Shown here one piece after another: positions 35,723-50,837 of a stretch of DNA of 64,000 bases. The notes beneath the pieces are model-generated. The model did no database searches. It was not told the DNA's origin and worked only from the letters and a program-made list of their open reading frames with translations. Both the position numbers and the translations under genes were made by a program. Each line of letters starts with the position of its first letter. Positions within the stretch are counted from its first letter, which is position 1. The stretch lies in assembly GCA_001513025.1 (NCBI GenBank), contig LFRZ01000125.1:10997-74996 (forward strand), in the 5' to 3' direction. The DNA is from Gammaproteobacteria bacterium DTU037. GTDB taxonomy: Bacteria; Pseudomonadota; Gammaproteobacteria; Pseudomonadales; Pseudomonadaceae.

Positions 35723-36478
35723 TTAAGGCCGCGGGCCGAACAGTTCAATCAGCTGCTCGCCCTGCGGTGAACCTGGGTGCATTTGCAGCATATCCCTTTC
35801 ATCAAGGTATAGAATGGATGGTGTTCCGCTGGCACCGAGCTTGGCCATTAACTGCTGATTAGTTTCCAGTTGTTGGCGCTGTTCTGTTTGAACGGTTTTT
35901 GCTTCTTGGGCGGGTGTTTTACCGCTTTCATTACCCAGTAGCACAGTTTTTGGATCTTTGGCTGCGAGCATATAAGCGGCTTTCTTTTGGCTGCTCTCAC
36001 CCAGTGTACCGACCATGACATGGCGTAATTGTAGTTTGCCGGCATCAACCCATGGGCGAGCGTCTTTCCATAAACGTTTGCAGTAAGGGCAGTTTGGATC
36101 GGTGAAGACATAGACCACTTTTTCTGCTTGATCAGAGCCATCAGCAATCCAAGCGCTGTCTTTTAATTTCCCCCACATCACTTTACTTTGTGGACGGCTG
36201 ACTTTTTCTTCTAGTATCGCACCGGTTAAATCTTCGCCTTGTGCATTGAGTAAGCTCCCCATAAGTGCGTGCTGTTTATCCGCAGTCACATACAGTGCTA
36301 AAGGGCGGCCATTATAAAGAGCGGTGTAACCGGTTAAACCGCCAGGCGCATCAAAACGCTCTAACACTTCAACACCGCGCTCACGCATGGCTTCTACCGG
36401 TGCTGGGTAATTTTCAGCTTGAACAATAACAGGTAGAGTCAGTAGCGCTAGAGTGGGTAAAATTTTCTTTAAGGTCAT
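35723..36478 (-). CDS. dsbG: Thiol:disulfide interchange protein DsbG
   Basis: Signal peptide; FTDPNCPYC; GTP cis-Pro loop. Confidence 0.9.
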   Translation of the reverse strand: MTLKKILPTLALLTLPVIVQAENYPAPVEAMRERGVEVLERFDAPGGLTGYTALYNGRPLALYVTADKQHALMGSLLNAQGEDLTGAILEEKVSRPQSKVMWGKLKDSAWIADGSDQAEKVVYVFTDPNCPYCKRLWKDARPWVDAGKLQLRHVMVGTLGESSQKKAAYMLAAKDPKTVLLGNESGKTPAQEAKTVQTEQRQQLETNQQLMAKLGASGTPSILYLDERDMLQMHPGSPQGEQLIELFGPRP

Positions 36479-37311
36479 GGTTGTTCCTCTGGTTCGGTTA
36501 CTTGATCTTCTGGGCTAATGTGGCGTAACGCATGCTTTAAGCTGGCATGCGATAGCTCACCTAAATGGTTATTTTTTAACAGTCCATCGGTACTGTAAAA
36601 CAATGTGGTAGGTAAAGATAATGACCCTACAGCTTGGCCAAGACGTCCACCGGTATCGAGCAAGTTGTTGCGTAAACTGAGTTGCTGCTGGGTTAAAAAC
36701 TTATCAACCAGTGCCTGCCCTTCGCCTTGATTGACAAAGACAAAGCGAATATCAGGATTGGCCTGTTGTGCGGCGGCCAATACCGGCATTTCTCGGCGGC
36801 ACGGTGGGCACCAAGTGGCCCATAAGTTAATCACCAGTGGTTTACCGGCTAAATCTTGCAGAGCTATTGGGTTACCGTCAATATCCCGCACGGATATATC
36901 TGGTATTTGCTGACTGCTTTGCAGTGCGCTGAGTACTGAGACGCTGGCGCCCCAAACAATCAGTCCAATACAAACACCGATGGCTAAGGGGAGGCGTAAG
37001 GGGGCTTGACGCCAGGCTTTGTAGATACCGACCGCTATGGCGGCGATCAGCCCAGGCAGTAATAAAAAACCACCATCGCGAATATCGATGATCTGCCACG
37101 GATGATCGGCGTACTGCTGAACGTATTGCATCACAAAGGCGGCGCGGGCCACTAGAGCACCAAAAAATAGCATGCTAAATAAAGCCGCTTCAGGATTGGT
37201 GCCGCGTTTGCGACCAATCAGCCAGCCGCTAAGCCACGCAATAAAAAATGCAGCGTAGAGCAGTGCCAAATCCATTGGGATAGCCAATGGGCCTAAATTA
37301 AAACTCAACAT
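36475..37311 (-). CDS. dsbE: TlpA/DsbE-family disulfide reductase with N-terminal membrane domain
   Basis: NLWATWCPPCRREMP; Lgt-like N-terminal TM region; lies between dsbD and dsbG. Confidence 0.8.
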   Translation of the reverse strand: MLSFNLGPLAIPMDLALLYAAFFIAWLSGWLIGRKRGTNPEAALFSMLFFGALVARAAFVMQYVQQYADHPWQIIDIRDGGFLLLPGLIAAIAVGIYKAWRQAPLRLPLAIGVCIGLIVWGASVSVLSALQSSQQIPDISVRDIDGNPIALQDLAGKPLVINLWATWCPPCRREMPVLAAAQQANPDIRFVFVNQGEGQALVDKFLTQQQLSLRNNLLDTGGRLGQAVGSLSLPTTLFYSTDGLLKNNHLGELSHASLKHALRHISPEDQVTEPEEQP

Positions 37312-39044
37312 TAATGATCCTTTTGCGCACTGGCTAAATGCAGTAAAAATTCACTGGCTGACACTTCACCGGTGATGCGTTGCGTGCGCTGTTCTGTACC
37401 TTGTGGGTCGATAAACAAAATAGTTGGCGGACCCATAATTTGTAAGTCGTGCATCAACTGTTGTTGCTGGGCTGTATTTAAGGTGACATCCGCTTGCAGT
37501 AAGCGCATATCAGCGAGAGCCTGTTGTACCGCCGTCTTCGCGAATACGCTTTTCTCCATGACTTTGCATGAGACACACCAGTCAGCATAAAAGTCCAATA
37601 ATACCCACTTTCCGTCCTGTTGGGCTTGTTTGAGTTGTGCTTGCAGTTGTTCTACATCAGCAAAACGTTGCATGCTGTGCTGACCAGTTGCGGCGGTGCC
37701 AGTTTGTAGGTTGAGGTTGGCTAGCGGCTGTAAAGGATCATCGCCACCTGTGGCAGACCCTAACAACATAATACCGCCCCAGATGCTGAGAAGTAAGGCG
37801 AGGTAACGACTGACAAAGCGCCAGCTGGGCTGTTGATTGATACTGAACTGTACCGCCACCGCCAATACCCACGCGGCCCATAGGCCTAGAAGCAGCGAAC
37901 CCTGTAGAATCGGACGCAACACAATAATAGCTGTAGCTAATAATGCATAGCCAAAGATACGGTTAACACTTTGCATCCAGTTGCCAGGTTTAGGTAACCA
38001 ACGCATACCAATGGTAATCGCTAGTAATAACGGCAAGCCGCTGCCCAAGCCCAGTGCAAAGAGTGCTAGACCGCCGTTGATACTATCACCGCTTTGCGCG
38101 ATATAGAGTAAGGCGCCGGCCAGTGGTGCGGTCATACAAGGACCCACTAGTAAGGCGGATAATGCACCTAAGCTGGCGGCACCCAGTAAGCTGCCACCTT
38201 TTAGTTTTTGGTCTGTACCTTGTAAGCGTTCACGGATAAAGGCCGGCAGTTGCAAGGTAAAGACACCGAACTGAGCTAGCGCTAAGAGAATAAAAATCCC
38301 AGCAAAGGGGAGTAATAACCAAGGCTGTTGTAAGGCTGCTGAGAGGTTACTGCCAAGGCTTGCCGCCACCACGCCCAGCGCCGCATAGACTAACGCCATG
38401 GGTAGAATAAAGGCCAAGCCTAAGCGCGCTCCCTGCCAACCCGCACTTTTTGCACCACCAATTACGCTGGTTAAAATAGGCAGCATGGGCAGCATGCAGG
38501 GGGTAAAGGCCAGTAACACACCCATCATAAAGAAGGCTGCCATATTCAGCAGCAGTCCAGACCCTGCCAAACGTTCAGCAATAGATTGATCTTGCGCTAG
38601 TCCAGTGTTGACTTGCGCAGATGGGTTTACTGTGGGGTTGGTAAGGGTATCGCCACCTATATATGCTGTTTGCGGTGGATAGCATAAGCCGGCATCGGCG
38701 CAGCCTTGCCAGGTGATTTGTAAGGGGCGCTGCGCTTGTGCGGCTAAAGGCAGTTGTAGCAGTTGGCGATAGATTTGTGTCTGACCAAAAAACTCATCGG
38801 AATGCTCAATACCCTGTGGGTAGTCAATACTAACCACCTGACCGTTAGCATCGGTGATAGCCAGCTTATCTCGGTATAGATAATGATCAGGTGCAATCTG
38901 CCAAACTAAAAGGTTGGGCTCAATATCCGCCATAACCTCAAAACGAAATGCTTCTTCTACAGCTAAGAAATCGTTCTGATTGCTGGTAAACGCTTGGGTT
39001 AAGCTGCTGAACAATAGCAATAACGCAATACACATAGAGCGCAT
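37311..39044 (-). CDS. dsbD: Protein-disulfide reductase DsbD
   Basis: QGCADAGLCYPP, FTPCMLP, GPCMTAPL, ADWCVSC. Confidence 0.94.
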   Translation of the reverse strand: MRSMCIALLLLFSSLTQAFTSNQNDFLAVEEAFRFEVMADIEPNLLVWQIAPDHYLYRDKLAITDANGQVVSIDYPQGIEHSDEFFGQTQIYRQLLQLPLAAQAQRPLQITWQGCADAGLCYPPQTAYIGGDTLTNPTVNPSAQVNTGLAQDQSIAERLAGSGLLLNMAAFFMMGVLLAFTPCMLPMLPILTSVIGGAKSAGWQGARLGLAFILPMALVYAALGVVAASLGSNLSAALQQPWLLLPFAGIFILLALAQFGVFTLQLPAFIRERLQGTDQKLKGGSLLGAASLGALSALLVGPCMTAPLAGALLYIAQSGDSINGGLALFALGLGSGLPLLLAITIGMRWLPKPGNWMQSVNRIFGYALLATAIIVLRPILQGSLLLGLWAAWVLAVAVQFSINQQPSWRFVSRYLALLLSIWGGIMLLGSATGGDDPLQPLANLNLQTGTAATGQHSMQRFADVEQLQAQLKQAQQDGKWVLLDFYADWCVSCKVMEKSVFAKTAVQQALADMRLLQADVTLNTAQQQQLMHDLQIMGPPTILFIDPQGTEQRTQRITGEVSASEFLLHLASAQKDH

Positions 39045-39087
39045 AGATGTCCTCCTCTTAGGTGCTGCACACTATGCGCCGGCTCCA

Positions 39088-39102
39088 TTAAGACAGCATT
39101 AA
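39088..39102. promoter_or_regulatory. DsbR-type operator TTA-N8-TTAA
   Basis: TTA-AGACAGCA-TTAA in the dsbD/response-regulator intergenic region. Confidence 0.6.
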
Positions 39103-39194
39103 CAGTTAAGTTTGGCTTGAAGTACTGTAGGCTGTTTGTGTGGCTTGTGCGCTATTGGGGTATTGTTGTGCTTATCGTGAAGGTTGACTGATTT

Positions 39195-39866
39195 ATGCAT
39201 ATTTTGTTGGTCGAAGATGATCTGTTAATTGCTCAGGGCGTCTTGGCCGGTTTGCAGTTACAAGGGTTTACTCTAGATCATATGGCGCATGCTGCCGCTG
39301 CTGAACAAGCGCTGCAGTTGGGGCATTTTGATGCGATGATTCTTGATCTTGGCTTGCCTGATGAAGATGGCTTGCAGTTATTAACCCGCCTGCGCAGTCA
39401 AGGTAAAGACCTGCCCGTATTAATTTTAAGTGCACGCGATTCGGTGCTACAGCGGGTGGCGGGCTTGCAAGCCGGTGCGGATGATTATGTGCTGAAGCCC
39501 TTTGACTTGCGTGAGTTAGCCGCCCGTTTGCACAGTTTGTTACGCCGCAGCAGTGGCCGCAGTACTCATCTGATTGAGCATCATGGGTTGACCTTTGATC
39601 CGAGTACACGTGAAGTGACCTTGCATGGACAGCGGATGAATCTATCCCGTCGTGAGCAGGCGTTACTGGGGGCTTTATTACAAAACCCTGGGCATATTTT
39701 AAGTGCTGAACAATTACAAGACAGTCTCTATGGGCTGGGCGATGGTGTGGAAAGTAATGCGATCAATGTGCATATTTATAATTTGCGCCGTAAGTTAGGC
39801 AGTGATGTGGTGAAAACTATACGTGGCTTAGGTTATCGAATTGGAATGCCGTATGAGCCTGCGTAA
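39195..39866 (+). CDS. dsbR: OmpR-family response regulator (DsbR-like)
   Basis: LLVEDD, ILDLGLPD, DDYVLKPF, winged helix; divergent from dsbDEG. Confidence 0.75.
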   Translation: MHILLVEDDLLIAQGVLAGLQLQGFTLDHMAHAAAAEQALQLGHFDAMILDLGLPDEDGLQLLTRLRSQGKDLPVLILSARDSVLQRVAGLQAGADDYVLKPFDLRELAARLHSLLRRSSGRSTHLIEHHGLTFDPSTREVTLHGQRMNLSRREQALLGALLQNPGHILSAEQLQDSLYGLGDGVESNAINVHIYNLRRKLGSDVVKTIRGLGYRIGMPYEPA

Positions 39867-41184
39867 TCGCCTACTGTTGATTCTTGGTGGCACTTTTATT
39901 TTATTATGGAGTTTGGCCGCGGTATGGCTATTGGGTGACTTACGTCGTGAAGTCACTGTGGCTTTGGATGAGCGCCTAGCCTCTTCGGCGCGGATGGTCG
40001 CCGGCCTCTTAGAGCAGTTACCGCAGCCACTGCCGAGCCAACATGCCAGCCCGCTAAATGCCATAGAGTTAGGACTGCAAAGCGGCTTGGTCTGTCAGGT
40101 GCGCTCGTTACGCGGAGAGGTGTTAGTGCGTACTCCTAATACACCACAGGCAACCTTAGCTGAATATGGCGTTGGTTTTCATGAGGTGAGTATTGGTGAT
40201 GAGCGCTGGCGCAGTTTTACCCTGAAGCGCCAAGATTTATGGGTGACCACCGCAGACCGTATTGATGAACGCGAAACCCTAGAGTCAGCTATTTTAATTG
40301 CCGCCGCCCTGCCCGTCGCCTTAGCCTTACTCGGCAGTTTAGTATTGATTTGGTTTGGTATCGGTCGCGGACTCTCACCGCTGCAGAGCTTGCGTACGCA
40401 ATTGGCGCAGCGTGATGCTGAGGATCTGCAGCCGGTGCCTACGCAACGCTTAGCAAAAGATTTACAGCCTTTGGTCGCGACCCTTAATCAATTATTTGCC
40501 CGTATTGCGGCCGCCTTAGAACGTGAAAGACGTTTTACGAATGATGCCGCACATGAACTGCGTACGCCTTTGACTGCAGTCAAAACTCACCTGCAAGTGG
40601 CACAAATGAGCTCTGGCGATATGGCCAAGCATGCGTTACGGCAAGCTGAAACGGCTGTGGATAGAATGCAAAGTGGTCTTGAGCAGCTGCTCTTATTGGC
40701 TCGTGTAGAAAGTGCACAAGACTTTGATAAGGACGGCCAAGTTACTGCACAAAGCTTAGCTCGGTATGCTTTAGCGGATTTAATTGCGCTGCCAGGTTAT
40801 CAACGTATTGAAGTGGTTAATGAGTTAACTGATGACGTCTATGTGGCCGTACCTGAATCCTTGGCGGTGGCATCGCTGCGTAATTTACTGGATAACGCCT
40901 TGCGTTATAGCCCGCCTGATAGCCGGATTGAATTGTATATGGCGGTGCAGCAACAGCGCTTGTTGTTGCGGGTTAGAGACACTGGTGCGGGCTTATCAGC
41001 TGCGCAGTTTGAACAAGCCAAGCAGCGCTTTTGGCGCACGGCCAGTAGTACACAGAGTGGCAGCGGTTTAGGTTTAGCTATTGTGCAGGCGGTGACTGAG
41101 CGCTACGGCGGGGCGCTGCACTTACAAGCTGCCCCGACCGGTGGTTTGGATGCGTTACTGTATTTACCGTTAAGCCAAGGTTGA
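39853..41184 (+). CDS. dsbS: Sensor histidine kinase (DsbS-like)
   Basis: FTNDAAHELRTPL, NLLDNALRY, GSGLGLAIV; periplasmic Cys81 (GLVCQV) counted from ATG 39853. Confidence 0.75.
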   Translation: MSLRNRLLLILGGTFILLWSLAAVWLLGDLRREVTVALDERLASSARMVAGLLEQLPQPLPSQHASPLNAIELGLQSGLVCQVRSLRGEVLVRTPNTPQATLAEYGVGFHEVSIGDERWRSFTLKRQDLWVTTADRIDERETLESAILIAAALPVALALLGSLVLIWFGIGRGLSPLQSLRTQLAQRDAEDLQPVPTQRLAKDLQPLVATLNQLFARIAAALERERRFTNDAAHELRTPLTAVKTHLQVAQMSSGDMAKHALRQAETAVDRMQSGLEQLLLLARVESAQDFDKDGQVTAQSLARYALADLIALPGYQRIEVVNELTDDVYVAVPESLAVASLRNLLDNALRYSPPDSRIELYMAVQQQRLLLRVRDTGAGLSAAQFEQAKQRFWRTASSTQSGSGLGLAIVQAVTERYGGALHLQAAPTGGLDALLYLPLSQG

Positions 41185-41188
41185 TTTT

Positions 41189-42109
41189 TTATTGGCTGGC
41201 TAAGATTTGTTGGCGCTCTTGCTGCTTGGCTTTTTTATAGCTTAGGGCGGCAGCTGGTACCGGTGTGATAGCACCGGTTTCTAGCCATTTTTTCAGACGG
41301 TTAGCGTCGGCCATATGGGTGTATTTACCAAAGGCATCCAACACCACAAAAGCGACTGGGCGCTTATCCATTTCGGTGCTCATCACTAAGCAATGCCCTG
41401 CACTGTTAGTAAAGCCGGTTTTACTCAGCTGGATATTCCAGTTGTCTTTGCGCACCAAGGCATTGGTGTTGCGAAAGCCTAAGGTGTAATTGGGTTTGCT
41501 AAAGGCTACGGTTTTTTCGCCGAGAGTGCTGAATTGGCGAATCAGTGGATAGTTTTGCGCCGCTTTAATCATCAGCACTAAATCATGAGCGCTGGAAACG
41601 TTCTTTTCTGATAGCCCTGTTGGCTCAACAAAAACTGTGTTATGCATGCCCAGTGCTTTAGCTTTAGCATTCATGGCTTGAATAAAGGCTGTGTGACCGC
41701 CTGTGTAATGATGAGCAAGACTCGCCGCGGCACGGTTTTCTGAGGACATTAAGGTGATCAGCAAGACATCATGGCGGCTCAACTCGCTGCCCAAGCGTAC
41801 TCGTGAAAACACGCCCTGCATTTCCTTGGTGTCTTTAATGACGATCGATAGTTTTTCATCGAGCGGCTGTTTGGCATCAAGAGCGACCATCGCGGTCATT
41901 AGCTTAGTCACTGAGGCAATCGGGGCAACAAAATTAGGATTGCTTGAGTAAAGAACTTCATTGGTTTTTAAGTCCATTAACAATGCACTGCCGGCAGCTA
42001 GGTCTTGCTGTTGTGCGCTAGTTTTAATTGGTGCTGTGGCTGCATAGGTTTGGCCAACAACAACACAGGTGGCCAATAATCCTGCTTTAATCAGATTAGA
42101 AATATTCAC
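41189..42109 (-). CDS. pbpG: D-alanyl-D-alanine endopeptidase PBP7
   Basis: ASVTKLM (SxxK), SSEN (SxN), SKTGFT. Confidence 0.92.
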   Translation of the reverse strand: MNISNLIKAGLLATCVVVGQTYAATAPIKTSAQQQDLAAGSALLMDLKTNEVLYSSNPNFVAPIASVTKLMTAMVALDAKQPLDEKLSIVIKDTKEMQGVFSRVRLGSELSRHDVLLITLMSSENRAAASLAHHYTGGHTAFIQAMNAKAKALGMHNTVFVEPTGLSEKNVSSAHDLVLMIKAAQNYPLIRQFSTLGEKTVAFSKPNYTLGFRNTNALVRKDNWNIQLSKTGFTNSAGHCLVMSTEMDKRPVAFVVLDAFGKYTHMADANRLKKWLETGAITPVPAAALSYKKAKQQERQQILASQ

Positions 42110-42361
42110 AGATGATACTCAACTAAAATAGTTTTACGCTGTGATGCGTAGAATGCGTTCTACGCCGTTAACAAATGTTGGACAACATCATGGCACAGTA
42201 AATCCGCAGGGTTGTAAATAAGGGTGCTTTTTTTATTACAGAATATGAATAGATACTGGCTGTTTGTGCGCGACTCTTAAGATTTATCGCAGTATATAGC
42301 TGCGCTCAATGCTATCGATCAAACCACCGAACCCATTGCAGGCTCGATGGTTTAGCTAAGC

Positions 42362-45879
<3,518 letters not shown>

Positions 45880-45891
45880 GCTGAACCTGTG

Positions 45892-46995
45892 TTACAGGCG
45901 CATCGGCATAACAACGTAAGATGCACCGTCGTTGTCAGCCTCTTGAATCAGTGCGCTGCTATTGGAATCGGACAGCACAATGCTGATTTGCTCCGATGAG
46001 GTGGCGCTCAGTACATCGAGTAAGTAGGTGACATTAAAACCGATCTCTAAGGCTTCACCAGTGTAGTCGACTGTTACTTCATCTTCTGCCACTTCTTGCT
46101 CAGGATTGTTGGCTTGGATTTTTAATAAGCCCGACTCCAGCTGCCAGCGAATACCTCGGTATTTTTCATTGGATAAAATTGAGGCACGGTTTAATGCTTC
46201 GCGTAAATTTTGACGATCGGCTAACACTGTTTTATCGCCGCCGCGCGGTAAAACGCGTTCGTAATCTGGGAATTTGCCATCGACCAGTTTAGAAATAAAG
46301 GTGAACTCAGCGGTGGTGGCACGGATATAGTTGCTGCCAAATACCACTGTGACGTCTGCCGACTCTTCAGTCATTAAGCGCGCCAGCTCTAGGACGCCTT
46401 TACGCGGCACTATCACTTGGTGCTGAATACTGTCCATGATTTGTGCAGGCACTGAGCATAAAGCCAAACGGTGACCGTCTGTGGCAACCGCACGCAACTG
46501 ACCTTGCTTTGCTTCCAGCATTAAGCCATTTAAATAATAACGTACATCTTGCTGCGCCATGGCGAAGCTGGTGCGCTCGATTAAACGACGCACATGACCC
46601 TGCTCTAAGGTGAAGGTTAATGAACCTGCTGACTCTTCTGAGGAGGGGAAGTCTGAGGCGGGCAATGTGGTTAAAGTAAAGCGACTGCGGCCGGCTTTAA
46701 TTAACACTTTTTGCTCGTCTACTTTAAAGTCAATTAAAGCATCAGCCGGTAAATTCTTACAGATATCCATAAGCTTTCGCGCGGGCACCGTGATTTCCCC
46801 TGCTTGCGCCGGTTCTTCTAGGGTGATGCGTGCGACCAGTTCGACTTCAGTGTCGGTACCGGTCATGGATAGATTTTGGCCTTCGATGACCAGCAGGACG
46901 TTGGATAACACAGGCATAGTTTGCTTGCGCTCAACAACACCGGCCACCAGTTGCAGCGGTTTTAACAAAGCTTCGCGTTGAATGGTGAAGTGCAT
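45892..46995 (-). CDS. dnaN: DNA polymerase III beta clamp
   Basis: TGTDTEVEL, QQDVRYYLNG, VATDGHRLA, GKFPDYERV, VVMPMRL. Confidence 0.98.
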   Translation of the reverse strand: MHFTIQREALLKPLQLVAGVVERKQTMPVLSNVLLVIEGQNLSMTGTDTEVELVARITLEEPAQAGEITVPARKLMDICKNLPADALIDFKVDEQKVLIKAGRSRFTLTTLPASDFPSSEESAGSLTFTLEQGHVRRLIERTSFAMAQQDVRYYLNGLMLEAKQGQLRAVATDGHRLALCSVPAQIMDSIQHQVIVPRKGVLELARLMTEESADVTVVFGSNYIRATTAEFTFISKLVDGKFPDYERVLPRGGDKTVLADRQNLREALNRASILSNEKYRGIRWQLESGLLKIQANNPEQEVAEDEVTVDYTGEALEIGFNVTYLLDVLSATSSEQISIVLSDSNSSALIQEADNDGASYVVMPMRL

Positions 46996-47029
46996 GGGTT
47001 AGATCCTTGCTTAAAATTGCTGGCACTGC

Positions 47030-48508
47030 TTATGTGGTTAACGTGCGCAGTAGGTTTTTATAGTCTTCGCGGATATCTGCATCGGTTTCGCTCAGCTCGG
47101 CAATTTTTCGGCAGGCGTGCAAAACTGTCGTATGGTCTCGACCACCAAAGGCATCGCCAATTTCTGGCAAGCTGTGGTTGGTGATTTCTTTAGCGAGAGC
47201 CATTGCCACTTGGCGCGGGCGTGCAACCGAACGCGAACGGCGCTTGGATAAAATATCGGAAATTTTAATTTTATAATACTCAGCTACAGTGCGCTGGATA
47301 TTATCAATACTGACCAGCTTGTCTTGCAGTGCTAACAAATCCTTCAGTGACTCACGGATCAGTTCAACGGTAATCGGCTCGTTAGTAAAGTGCGAGTGCG
47401 CGATCACACGCTTTAAGGCACCTTCTAATTCACGCACGTTAGAGCGAATCCGCTGCGCAATAAAGAATGCGCAATCATGCGACAGCTGCACCCTACTCTG
47501 CTCGGCCTTCTTCATTAAGATGGCAACACGGGTTTCCAACTCCGGCGGTTCAACACCCACGGTTAAACCCCAGCCAAAGCGCGACTTTAAGCGCTCTTCA
47601 AGGCCGTCAATTTCTTTTGGGTAGCGGTCGCTGGTGAGAATAACTTGCTGGTTACCTTCAAGGAGTGCGTTAAAGGTATGGAAAAATTCTTCTTGCGAGC
47701 GCTCTTTTTTGGCAAAAAACTGAATATCATCAATCAGCAGTGCATCCACTGAGCGGTAATAGTTTTTAAACTCATTGATCGCATTGTTTTGTAAGGCACG
47801 CACCATATCTGCAACAAAGCGCTCAGAGTGTAAATAAATCACTTTGGCGTTAGGGTTTTTTTGCAGTAAATGATTACCCACCGCATGCATTAAGTGCGTT
47901 TTACCTAAACCGACGCCACCGTATAAAAACAGAGGGTTATAGCCATGCTTAGGGTTATCTGCTACTTGCCAAGCGGCGGCACGGGCCAGTTGGTTGGACT
48001 TACCTTCCACGAAGCTGTCAAAGGTAAATGAGCGGTTTAAGGCGCTGACGTGCTTAATCGCCCCTTTTGCCGCTGTTACAGGTTCTAGATTGACCCTTGC
48101 TACTGGTTGCACAGTGCTGCTGGGTGCTGGCACGGCAGGCGCTTCATAGGCCACTGGCTGTATGGGTAAATGTCTTTGAAAGGGTTCCGGTGTGCTGAGC
48201 GGAGTGCTTGCCACGGGCGCTGCATTGGCCGTGGCTGGGCTGTTGATGCTGGTACGCGTCTTCGCCTTACTACCGATCAGCAGAGAAATAGCGGGTGCAT
48301 TGCCGTTATTACGCTCGGCCATCAGTTCGAGCAAACGGTTGATATATTTATCGTTGACCCAATCTAATACAAAGCGGTTCGGCGCAAAAATATGCAGCTC
48401 ATCACCGACTGCTTCAACTTGTAATGGACGGATCCAGGTGTTGAAATGCTGAGCAGGCAGTTCATCGCGTAAAAAATCGACAGACTGTAGCCAAAGTTCG
48501 ACAGACAC
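47030..48508 (-). CDS. dnaA: Chromosomal replication initiator
   Basis: [42 protein letters not shown]; GTG start. Confidence 0.99.
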   Translation of the reverse strand: MSVELWLQSVDFLRDELPAQHFNTWIRPLQVEAVGDELHIFAPNRFVLDWVNDKYINRLLELMAERNNGNAPAISLLIGSKAKTRTSINSPATANAAPVASTPLSTPEPFQRHLPIQPVAYEAPAVPAPSSTVQPVARVNLEPVTAAKGAIKHVSALNRSFTFDSFVEGKSNQLARAAAWQVADNPKHGYNPLFLYGGVGLGKTHLMHAVGNHLLQKNPNAKVIYLHSERFVADMVRALQNNAINEFKNYYRSVDALLIDDIQFFAKKERSQEEFFHTFNALLEGNQQVILTSDRYPKEIDGLEERLKSRFGWGLTVGVEPPELETRVAILMKKAEQSRVQLSHDCAFFIAQRIRSNVRELEGALKRVIAHSHFTNEPITVELIRESLKDLLALQDKLVSIDNIQRTVAEYYKIKISDILSKRRSRSVARPRQVAMALAKEITNHSLPEIGDAFGGRDHTTVLHACRKIAELSETDADIREDYKNLLRTLTT

Positions 48509-48547
48509 AGAGATCCCTCAAGTAAAACATAGAAATTACGATCTGCT

Positions 48548-48578
48548 ATTGTAGCCGTCAGAGGGAAAGTTATCCACA
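48548..48578 (-). promoter_or_regulatory. dnaA promoter with autoregulatory DnaA box
   Basis: -10 TACAAT (48553-48548). The -35 position (TGGATA) is overlapped by the perfect box TTATCCACA at 48570-48578. Confidence 0.7.
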
Positions 48579-48672
48579 GGGCTTATAAAAATAGCTGGCT
48601 GTTAATCTGCGAGAGACACCTTAGCTCTAGCCCTCTGATCAATATTAAAAAGACATAATCACGGTGATGTAG

Positions 48673-49101
48673 ATGATAACACTGCAAGAACTATCTGCTT
48701 GGCTATTGGTGGCTTTAGCCATTGCTTGGCTCTGGCGTGGGCATGGTGTGCGTGAGCGCGCTTTGCTTTTGGTCCGTCAGCATTGCAGCCAGCAACAGGT
48801 GCAGCTACTGGATGGTAATGTTGCTTTAAAAGGCTGGCGGATTATTCCAGATGGCAACGGTCGCAAGCGTTTAGCACGCGTCTATGGCTTTGAGTTTACC
48901 GTGACCAGTCAGGAGCGCCTGAGCGGCACTGTCGCAATGTTTGGTCAGCATCCGGCATATATTGACTTGCAAGCCTACCCTGTCGCCAGCAGTCGTGCTG
49001 AGGCGCAGGACTCCTTTGTAGTTGAGCAGCCCCGTACTGATACATCACAGCATAATGTGGTGGAGCTACGTGATTGGAGAAAGAACAACCCGCACGAGTG
49101 A
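48673..49101 (+). CDS. DUF3301-like protein
   Basis: N-terminal TM helix, RERALLLVRQHCSQQQVQLLDGNVAL, YGFEFTVT...G. Confidence 0.7.
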   Translation: MITLQELSAWLLVALAIAWLWRGHGVRERALLLVRQHCSQQQVQLLDGNVALKGWRIIPDGNGRKRLARVYGFEFTVTSQERLSGTVAMFGQHPAYIDLQAYPVASSRAEAQDSFVVEQPRTDTSQHNVVELRDWRKNNPHE

Positions 49102-49140
49102 CTGGCGTTAAACTCTACGCTGCAGTCACTGCGCAGTGAA

Positions 49141-50640
49141 TTATTCAGCAACTAATTTGAAATTAATGCGCTGCAACCAATCGGCTTCTTTTTCAAAGTC
49201 AGCGGCAGTTAAGGGGTTATTAGCCAGCCAATGCTCTGGGAAGCGGATTTTTAGGCTGTTTTCTTCAGCGATCAGTTGTAACTCAGGAACGTCTTGCGAG
49301 CCACGAATATGGTGTAAAAGAATTGAAAAACGCAGCAAAATACATAAACGCAAGAGTTGCTGGCTTTCTTCGGTAAACTCGCTAAAACGCTCTTTAGGAA
49401 TATTACGGCGATGGCCGCGTACTAACAGCGCAAGCATTTGCTGATCTTGACGTGAAAAACCAGACAAATCAGAGTGCTCAACCAAATAGGCGCCGTGTTT
49501 GTGGTAGTGGTAATGGGCAATATCTAGGCCCACTTCGTGTATTCGTGCTGCCCAGCTGAGCATATCGCTGTGCCACTCTTCTTTTAGCTGCCAAGCATCG
49601 GACACTTGCTCAAGCGCTAACAAGGCTTTGCACTCGACTTTTTTGGCATGCTCAAGATCAACATGGCTGCGTTCCATCAGCGCTTGAATCGAGCGCTCAC
49701 GCACATCCTCATGCTGATGGCGACCCAGTAAGTCGTAGAGTACGCCCTCGCGCAAGGCACCCTCACAAGGCATCATTTGCTCAAGACTTAAAGCATCAAA
49801 AATGGCTTCCATAATGGCTAAGCCAGCAGGCAAAATAGCGCTACGTTCAGGCTTAACTCCAGCAATATCAATCTTGTTGGTATCGCCGATTTTAAGCACT
49901 TTTTGCTTGAGCCAGGTCAAGCCTTGACTGGTGATTTCACCGCTGGTGAGACCCGCTGCCGCTAAAGCTTGGCCAATCGAGCGAATGGTGCCTGAGGCGC
50001 CTACGCTGTCTTGCCAACCCATGCGCCGTAGGCTTTGCTCCAACTCCATCAATTCTAGGCGGGCTGCTGTATAGGCCTGTGCATAGCGTTCTGCGGTGAC
50101 TTTACCGTCCTTAAAAAAGCGTTGGGTAAAGCTGACACACCCCATCTGCAAACTGCCGCGTAATTGTGATTCAAACTGTTGCCCGATAATAAATTCCGTA
50201 CTGCCGCCACCAATATCAATCACCAAACGTTTGCCTGGTGCATCAGCTAAGGAGTGGGATACGCCAAGATAAATCAGACGGGCTTCTTCTCGGCCGGAAA
50301 TAACATCAATATCGTGGCCTAAGATTTCCTCTGCACGTTGAATAAATGCTTGGCGGTTGTGTGCGACTCGCAGCGAGCTGGTGCCCACAATACGTACTGC
50401 ACCTTGGGGTAAACCATTGATCAACTGAGCAAAACGGCGCAGACAGTCAAGACCACGCTCGATGGCATCATCTTGTAACTCCAGCTCGTCACTGATGCCC
50501 GCGGCTAACTGGACTTTTTCACCAATACGTTCAAGAATTCGGATTTCTCGTTGATCGGTTTTGGCCAGCACCATGTGGAAACTATTGGACCCCAGGTCAA
50601 TGGCGGCAATCAGCGGAAAGTGTTTCGGGGCGTTGGGCAT
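49141..50640 (-). CDS. ppx: Exopolyphosphatase
   Basis: [37 protein letters not shown]; adjacent to trxA. Confidence 0.95.
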   Translation of the reverse strand: MPNAPKHFPLIAAIDLGSNSFHMVLAKTDQREIRILERIGEKVQLAAGISDELELQDDAIERGLDCLRRFAQLINGLPQGAVRIVGTSSLRVAHNRQAFIQRAEEILGHDIDVISGREEARLIYLGVSHSLADAPGKRLVIDIGGGSTEFIIGQQFESQLRGSLQMGCVSFTQRFFKDGKVTAERYAQAYTAARLELMELEQSLRRMGWQDSVGASGTIRSIGQALAAAGLTSGEITSQGLTWLKQKVLKIGDTNKIDIAGVKPERSAILPAGLAIMEAIFDALSLEQMMPCEGALREGVLYDLLGRHQHEDVRERSIQALMERSHVDLEHAKKVECKALLALEQVSDAWQLKEEWHSDMLSWAARIHEVGLDIAHYHYHKHGAYLVEHSDLSGFSRQDQQMLALLVRGHRRNIPKERFSEFTEESQQLLRLCILLRFSILLHHIRGSQDVPELQLIAEENSLKIRFPEHWLANNPLTAADFEKEADWLQRINFKLVAE

Positions 50641-50837
50641 GCCACTATTTCCATAAAAATAATACTACTATCGTGCCATGCCGTGACTGATTCGCCAATT
50701 TAAATAACCACCGCGGCGTACAAAGGGGAGATAAAAGAAAAAATACCGCAGCGTTGTACGTGGTTACTTTCGTTAAAGGCTAACTCAGGCTATTATTGTC
50801 GGTACTTTATTTTGTATCCGCGTTACGGAGAGGTTTC

